Source: Hormiphora californensis
Lineage: Eukaryota; Animalia; Ctenophora
Length of the DNA stretch: 64,000 bases
Assembly: GCA_020137815.1 (NCBI GenBank)
Contig: CM035359.1
Coordinates: forward strand, 3,472,001-3,536,000
Direction: 5' to 3'
The notes beneath the pieces were generated by a model that saw only the letters and a list, made by a program, of their open reading frames with translations, had not been told where the DNA came from and did no database searches. Within the stretch, counting starts at the first letter, position 1, and every line of letters starts with the position of its first letter. The translations under genes and the position numbers were made by a program. Positions 56,591 to 64,000 of this stretch are shown one piece after another.

Positions 56591-57346
56591 TTAGTCAAGG
56601 GGCGAGGCCCCGTCAGTTTTGGCAACACCTCTTTTCACCTTAGGCATATCCACGCGACAGAGGCCTTTCAACTTGCCTAGATAAATCTGCCCGTTGCTTT
56701 TCATTATTGTCACAATGCTGTAATCATTGTTAATGATGCTCGAGGATATGGCCTCGATGCATCCATCATGGTTCAAGATCACCACAGCCACCTTACACTT
56801 CCTTTCAACTTCAGCGAGCACCGTTTCCTCGGACACGTTATACTTTAGGCAGAACGCCGTTAAAAACCTTTTAGATGCCGGCCTGTCTGTTCTTTGGACA
56901 GTTGTAAACTGATTGTTCAAATTTTTCCTCTTCTGAGGTGTAAGGTTAGGGTCATCCAAACCCAGCTCATTCCGGAACTTATGGAGGGCTATGCCAACCA
57001 AGACGGTTTGGCATTTTGCCAGTGACCGCATATTTTCCCTTGGTGTCTTAATAAAATTTTCGATTCTGTCGATAACCCGACCACCCCAAGGCGAAAAGGC
57101 GGGGCGAAGCTCATCACCTACCCCGAAACTGTTAATGAAATCACGGTTGAGCACCTCCGCCACCGTGAGGGTCTTCCTTTTCAACCCACCGTCTTTGCTG
57201 TAACGGATATTCCGCACTATGTGCTGTCCTATGATGTGGTTCAGCTGAATCAGGACAGTTGGAGTCTGTCCATTTGGCTCTCTTGCGTTGCCTGCCGGCT
57301 CCGCTGACTGGTTTGGCTCGGTGGGTGGGCTTTGCGTTAAGTCCAT
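56591..57346 (-). CDS. Intact single-exon 251-aa ORF of unknown function
   Basis: Longest ORF in the window, with normal amino-acid composition, in an otherwise ORF-free AT-rich block. It is preceded by a branch-point (ctaac), polypyrimidine tract and AG acceptor (ttttctttcccag, ~57368). Confidence 0.7.
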   Translation of the reverse strand: MDLTQSPPTEPNQSAEPAGNAREPNGQTPTVLIQLNHIIGQHIVRNIRYSKDGGLKRKTLTVAEVLNRDFINSFGVGDELRPAFSPWGGRVIDRIENFIKTPRENMRSLAKCQTVLVGIALHKFRNELGLDDPNLTPQKRKNLNNQFTTVQRTDRPASKRFLTAFCLKYNVSEETVLAEVERKCKVAVVILNHDGCIEAISSSIINNDYSIVTIMKSNGQIYLGKLKGLCRVDMPKVKRGVAKTDGASPLD

Positions 57347-59693
57347 TGTACTGTATTGTGATGTCTACTGGGAAAGAAAAAGTGTTAGATTAGTCAAATA
57401 CACATGACCAAAACTTTGGTTAGGAATAGGACGGCTTTATCAAGATCGGCTGACTCTAACAAGGAACACATCAAAAGTACGATCATCACTAAGAGCCCTT
57501 CAAGAGTGCCACTAAAAAGCTCCTTGAGCCAAAGATCTAAACCAAGCTTTTGAAAATTGTAGTCTTGCACCAAGTTATTAATAGTTGGGAGACTAAGACA
57601 AAGACCTCCAGGCCTTAAACTTTAATCTGAAGGAATTAACAGAGTCACTAGCCGAGTATACATCAATTCGAAGATCGTCCCCAGGTGTTAAACTAGATAT
57701 CTTGAACAATTTAGTTGAGACATTTAGGACAATCATTCCCACTCATAGCTTAAATTAGTAATTTAAGCCACAAAGATAATCCCATCATTAAATCGGTCCT
57801 TCAGAATCTCTCAAACTTGAACATAATTTGACTTATTTAGAAGATAACCCACCATTCAACAGAGTTGACGGACAGTTCTAAGTAGGCTTAGATAAATACA
57901 AACGGATACAAAACTTCACGTATTAGTTAAACACATTCAATAAATTGTCCGATTAGGACTATACACAAACAGGGCTATACACAAACACTAGGCTCTCAAT
58001 AGATACAATTTAAAAGTTGCAAACTAACAAATGATTTCAAATACCTGTAATGGTTCTACGAAACGCTTATAAGGCGAAGAGCTGGATAGTAACTAGAAAC
58101 CAAAGAAAACTAACTAACTGCACTCGGGCCAACACTTATTTTCTCAAATATATTCGAACACCCACGTACTTCAACTTTAGAAATTAATTTATACCCAAAT
58201 TTATTATAGTATTCACTATTAAGGGAAGAGAGCAGTGCTACAAGTATACCAGACAACCAAGAGGAAAAAATTAAAGCATTTAAGACTAGCAACAAATAAC
58301 ACACAAACAGTTTTGTACGACGCCCTTAGAAAAATAAATAGAACCACTTCCAGAAAATATTCACAAATAGCACCACTCACTAGAACAATTGTATAGAATA
58401 ATTACTCAAATCAGCCTCACCTTATTATCAGTGATTAAAACTCCATTTGAAATTTTAAATACGGAGTAGGGGGCTAGCACCAGAGAATTTGCACCCTAGA
58501 GAGCAAACACATTTTACGAATACAATTAAAACTTCGTAAGCTTGATTTTTTTAGAAAATCCGACCAAATGATTTGATAAGAAAATTTAATTTAATTAATT
58601 TAATCAAATGCCGGAAACCTTAATACCCATACTACCGAATTGCTAACATTTGTATTAAAAGTCCTTTTAATTTTCCACAAGATACAACGCTTCTACCCAA
58701 CGGCAAATCCAGAGCTTGAATTATTCTTCCCCCTACTACCATAATATCTATACAGGACTATTATCAAACTAAACTTTAAATCATATACTAACTTACTGTA
58801 CGTTACAACAGTTATGAAATAATACCCTATCAAACAGTTTAGATCCATATTAAACAAACGTAAAATCCCTTAATATCAAACAACCTCAACTAGTCAAACC
58901 AAGGCATAGAAAAGAAGATAAATCGTTTACACTAGACATGACGTGATTCATCTTTTGTTTCGATAATTGCAATCTTTGATTATTTAATATTATTCCTCAC
59001 GGTACAAATAACTGCATGGCCGTTCTACCTGATATAAAGGCAATAAGCTCAGCTGCATAGACTAAGTCCAATTTGTTAGTATAATTTGTTAGTATGTTAG
59101 ATTATAGTATAAATAAACAAAACCATACAGTAATATCATAAGGACCCAATTCGAAGCACTCACATCAATCAGCTTGGTGTGTTGAGACAGATGATCAAGA
59201 AGATTCAATACCACGTCCTTTTATTCGCAAGTGCCCATTTAATCAGCATCATTTTATACTCTTATTTTAATCGCAATCGTTATACACTTTTTCTTAATCG
59301 GAATGAAACTTGAATTATAATATTCTAAACCTTAATTACGCTTACCTACACGATCTTATATAACACACTCAGTTACAAGCTAAAATGCTAAATTTACTTC
59401 ACTGTATTATAGGCTACTAGCGTACAAATATACAGGGCCTTGAGTTTGAACAAATTTAAACAATTTCACTCATGTATTGGAGTTGTGGCAGAACTCTAAG
59501 CATGGGGATCCTTGATTAATCTCCAAACTTTATAAAATAAGTAGGGCAATCTATTCAGCAAGGGGCAAAACGATAGTTCAAAATACATCGTACATATACG
59601 AGTCATAACTTATAGTAAGAATTAAAACAGGGCAAGGAATCAAGAGGGTTTAACTTCACCAAATTTTAACAAATTTTATTACCAGCAGTCATC

Positions 59694-59932
59694 CGGGCAT
59701 AACTAATAAAATAAAACATACGCATCAATCAAAACAGGATAAGACAGGATTAGACTAGCAGAAATTCGGGCATAACTAATAAAATTAAACATACGCATCA
59801 ATTAAAACAGGATTAGACTAGCAGAAATTCGTGCATAACTAATAAAATAAGACGTACGCACCAATCAACATAGGATAAGGCAGAAGATTAGAACAGCAGA
59901 AATTCGAGCCTAACTAATAAAATAAGACGTAA
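59694..59932. repeat. ~63-75 bp tandem repeat, about 3.5 copies
   Basis: gcataactaataaaat.aaacatacgcatcaat.aaaacaggat...tagactagcagaaattc. Confidence 0.8.
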
Positions 59933-60403
59933 ATAAGAGACCATAGCAATACTTGACCATAGCAACTTGACCATAGCAATACTTGATTAAACCTGATTAA
60001 AATAAAATAATTATACACTTAATTACTGCACAACACAGGCTCAATTATTATAAACTTAATTACTATACATTTAATTATTGTACACGCACGTTACCTTTAA
60101 TTTGAATTTGGAATAACGCATCTTTTAGGCGCTTAATATGCCTCGAGGTACCTCTAAAAACTTAAATTGAGTTCGGATTTTGGTAGGCCTACCCATATTA
60201 TCACCATGATGGGGATCATCGTTCGAACTGATCACTCGAACTGTGAATACCTTAACTATTTATCATGGTACCGTACTCAATTATTTAGATTATATAAAAT
60301 ACTATTACTGGCAACATACTTGCCAAAACGTGCTTTTACTAATTATCAAATATAAAACCCAACGTTGGTACATATTATATTACAAGGCCGTGAAATTGCC
60401 AAA

Positions 60404-60716
60404 TTTACTTAATCACATCATAGCATGGGGCGAGAGTACCCCTTGGAGCAGAGAGCACTCCACCCGGAATAATTTAATCTTTACTTAATCACATCATAGC
60501 ATGGGGCGAGAGTACCCCTTGGAGCAGAGAGCACTCCACCCGGAATAATTTAATCTTTACTTAATCACTTCATAGCATGGGTCGAGAGTACCCCTTGGAG
60601 CAGAGAGCACTCCACCCGGGACATTTAAATCTTTACTTAATCACATCATAGCATGGGGCGAGAGTACCCCTTGGAGCAGAGAGCACTCCACCCGGAATAA
60701 TTTAAAGTATACTTAA
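60404..60716. repeat. 76-bp tandem repeat, 4 copies, each with two hairpins
   Basis: tttacttaatcacatcatagcatggggcgagagtaccccttggagcagagagcactccacccggaataatttaatc. Confidence 0.92.
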
Positions 60717-61389
60717 TAACTTAACTTAATAACTAACTTAATAATACACCAATGCCCATTGCCCAGTTAACTACCGATAACAAGACAAATTTTAGTTTCT
60801 AACAGTTAGACATAATTGCATAACATAGGAATAACGTGCACACATAGAACCATATTACAAATAATAAACTACATTAATAAACTAGTAACTTATATTTTTA
60901 TCCTTTTCATCACCCAACAAGAGACACTACACTAATTATTCTGCCCGATATGCCCAATGCCCACAACCGACATATTATATCACAGATCAATAACTCGAAA
61001 ATACTCACGAATCTTTAACAGATAATCTTAATTACCGTAGAAAACAGAAATAGACACTTATAGTATTTGGCTCTAATTAAATTATAATACGAAAAAAGTT
61101 TAACTTAAATAAAAGGAATAGATACAGGATACACCGATAGAAATTAACAGCCTTTTAAATTACAGCCCTACAACATCGTTATAGTCGAATATATAATTTC
61201 GGTCTAATTTTAATTAACTAGAACCCAGCGTTCTCCATAGTAACAGAGGCTGATAAAAAGGGATTCATGTGCTCCAAAATCGTTTTCTTTGCCCATTTTC
61301 GAGACATTTTACCCCATAGCTCGGCAATTTTTCGACCAATTTCGAATTTCCTGGGATCTTTGGATCGAGCTCTTTCTGAAGAACTATAA

Positions 61390-61813
61390 TCCTTATTATA
61401 ATAAGCAAATGAACGTCGTGATGAGGAGGAGGATGTCCTATCCTCACGTGCAAATAGTGGGGGGTTGCCAAGGAGGTGGCTTGGGATGGGTATTGGAGGG
61501 GGGATACTGCACGTGCATTTTTTTGTTTGTTTTTTGCGTGTTCCTGTGTGGTGTTTCGTGGTGTTTTAGGATCTACTGCCAAAGCCTTTCTACCCCGTTG
61601 ATTCTCTACACAGCTACAATTCTACGGATCTTTATCGCCTGATTCTACATGTTATTCAGCGGGATTTCCCTTGATGTCTATCACCAGCGCTCTACCACTA
61701 CCAACCTCCGTATTCTTTACCCCGACATGGAGAGACAAAGAGTAAGAGGGGGCAGAGACATAGAGACGGGTTGGGGGTGGGGGGCTGTTGCAGGACTTCA
61801 ATGGGCTTTCTAG
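61390..61813 (+). mobile_element. Monomeric copy of the same Helitron family
   Basis: a|TCCTTATTATAATAAGCAAATGAACGTCGTG...ATGGGCTTTCTAG|t. Confidence 0.88.
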
Positions 61814-62756
61814 TGTGTCAATATTGACCAAGAACTCAATTTGCACGTGCGAATACTCCATTACCACTACACCACTCATTTGCATATTTTAATGAAGACT
61901 AGAAATGCCCATTGCCCACTCCCCGTTGCCCAGGAGCACGTACAGTATCACTCTCAGCCAACCAGCCCCTAACAACGTATTTTACCAACCCGTCCCTAAC
62001 AACCTCTTCAATTTGCACGTGCACAAACGGTTGCTAGCGACATCTCCAAATTATAATAACCGTCACCATCACGAACACTAGCAAGAAACGCTATCACAGT
62101 AGGGCCAGGAAACCCAGAAAGTAGAGTATCCCACTTAATTCAAAACCTAGACAACATATTAAATTCAGTCACAGGTAGTTCAAATACTTCAAATGATAGA
62201 ACTATTGAATCTAACTCCTAATTTACTTCATTTTGACGCGATATTACAATTTGGTATTCTCGGAACAATTACTTCAACACTACCAATCCAGCTTTTGAAA
62301 TTGAAAAGATTCAAACCACATGATAATGACAGTGATAATAATACTTATGTCCTGCCCCTAGACTGTTATATGGGCGGAATATGAATACATGTATTATCAT
62401 TATCAATGTAGGATAAAACTATATAAAGCATCCAATCGTCCTTTTAGTCCACCACTCACTAAAAGACACCATTCCTACACCGTCACACCAACAAGTTAAA
62501 AAAAATTGGAAATTACAGACAAAAGAGACAGAGACATGACTTCGTGGTTTGTCAAAGTACAATTATTATTCTATCATGTCCCAAGTAAATTAGTCCTAAG
62601 TAAATTATATGTGGTGTGATCAGTCGGTGTACATGGTTACTCGTCAATACGTCCCCACATCCTGTCGAGACAACAGAACACATTAAAATTCGGATGGACC
62701 ACAAAAAAAAACCAGAATAAACCCAGCAACACTCCTAACCATCGGAACTGAGACAA

Positions 62757-62992
62757 CACTAAAACACTGGAAACACAGTCCGCCGGGACATTAAACACCG
62801 GAAACACAGTCCGCCGGGACATAAAATACTGGAAACACAGTCCGCCGGGACATAAAATACTGGAAACACAGTCCGCAGGGACATCAAACACTGGAAACAC
62901 AGTCCGCCGGGACATAAAATACTGGAAACACAGTCCGCCGGGACATCAAACACTGGAAACACAGTCCGCCGGGACATAAAACACAGGAAACA
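62757..62992. repeat. ~31-bp tandem repeat, about 7.5 copies
   Basis: aaa(c/t)actggaaacacagtccgccgggacat. Confidence 0.92.
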
Positions 62993-64000
62993 TCTCCAAC
63001 GCTGGACAACTTTTTATTAGATAAAAACTCTTCTCACTACTCTTCGGAGAAACAAACCAGGACAGAATACATCAAGGACGGACGGGAACTCCTAAATAAG
63101 TTACTAAACGAACAAATGCTGGAGTACAAGGAAAACAATAACGGAACACAGTTAAATACGAGGCAGGAGTAAACATTTTGCCAAACTTCAGGACATTGAA
63201 GACATGATATCCCGTATACAAGTAAACCCCAGATCATCAAAGACACACAAACAGGAAAGTGGAGTGTGTATACTATACATGTTTGGATGGGTGTACCCTC
63301 ACTGTCATAAACCTGTCAAAAGGGGAGGCAGTGAGGGACCCCAGTCGACACATTCAAGTACAAAGACCGAACACTCCGAAATGTCGTCAAATCAGTCACT
63401 CATTGGGTCAGCCAAAAACAGAGGAAAGTCATAAATATACTAAACCAGAGACAGTGCATCCCTGCACGACAAACATCAACACCGAAAAAAGGGAAGAAGC
63501 ACGAAGCAGAGGACCAGAAAAACAACAACAAAACAGGACAACTGGTTAACTATAGACAGGGAAAGCACGAACTACGTTGGTACCCCAGTGAAGCAACCGG
63601 AAGTTCCGATCACCAGGAATAGCAACACCCTGCAAGCAAGTTAGAACAGATCCCTGTGTGAACTACAATGGAACTCAACGACCGATTAACAGACACCAAG
63701 CGAGATCTACGGGAGAACAACACACACTAAAAATAGGACTCTCTACCGCTTGAACTGCCCAGCCTACAAGAACTAGAAAAAGATCAGCGAGGGATGGCGT
63801 CACCAGACAATCCATCACCAGCGTCCAACAAAGACATTCACCACAAGAGGAACACAACTAGGATCTTAACGAGGACCCCACGTGAGTGGACAAAGGTACC
63901 AACAAGGTGCCAGCTGAGAGAGAGCATATTAAGCTATTTTATGTTTTAAGTAGATACAAACTTTAAACTCAAAACTTCCCCCCATACAACAAACTGTCAT

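Noticed and set aside
60404-62992. CRISPR-like arrays (76-bp and 31-bp repeats)
   Set aside because: The units are contiguous with no unique spacers, there are no cas genes, and the context is eukaryotic.

Overview
Intron-rich, repeat-dense eukaryotic (animal) genomic DNA. The hAT-type MITE at 14316 and 30305, and the overall style, resemble a ctenophore (Pleurobrachia-like); that taxon call is from recall and is not verified. Genes read from the sequence: (1) CDKAL1/MtaB tRNA methylthiotransferase, minus strand, at least 10 exons, running off the left edge; (2) RPS15, whose stop codon lies only ~230 bp upstream of the CDKAL1 ATG on the same strand (operon-like); (3) a plus-strand gene with one intact CBP/p300-type TAZ1 zinc finger that appears to splice, in compatible phases, to S/P-rich, helical and polyQ exons with no HAT domain; (4) a long minus-strand Ig/FN3 single-pass adhesion receptor (at least 10 Ig domains, about 5 FN3, TM, Tyr-rich tail ending -SQI). 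The right ~12.5 kb is a strand-biased block with a broken Gag-like ORF (two zinc knuckles), an RTE LINE 3' fragment, an intact 251-aa orphan ORF and several tandem arrays. Mobile DNA is abundant: Helitrons (a head-to-tail trimer whose empty site is visible in a duplicate), Tc1/mariner-type and hAT-type MITEs including 18-23 bp insertions with 8-bp TSDs, and foldback elements. 26.1-27.9 kb looks like unpolished, low-quality sequence. The most interesting leads are the HAT-less TAZ1-polyQ protein, an RFamide-precursor-like (xxRVRF-GR)n frame at 10.5 kb, the RPS15-CDKAL1 operon-like pair, the ultra-short TSD-flanked elements and the orphan ORF at 56.6-57.3 kb.
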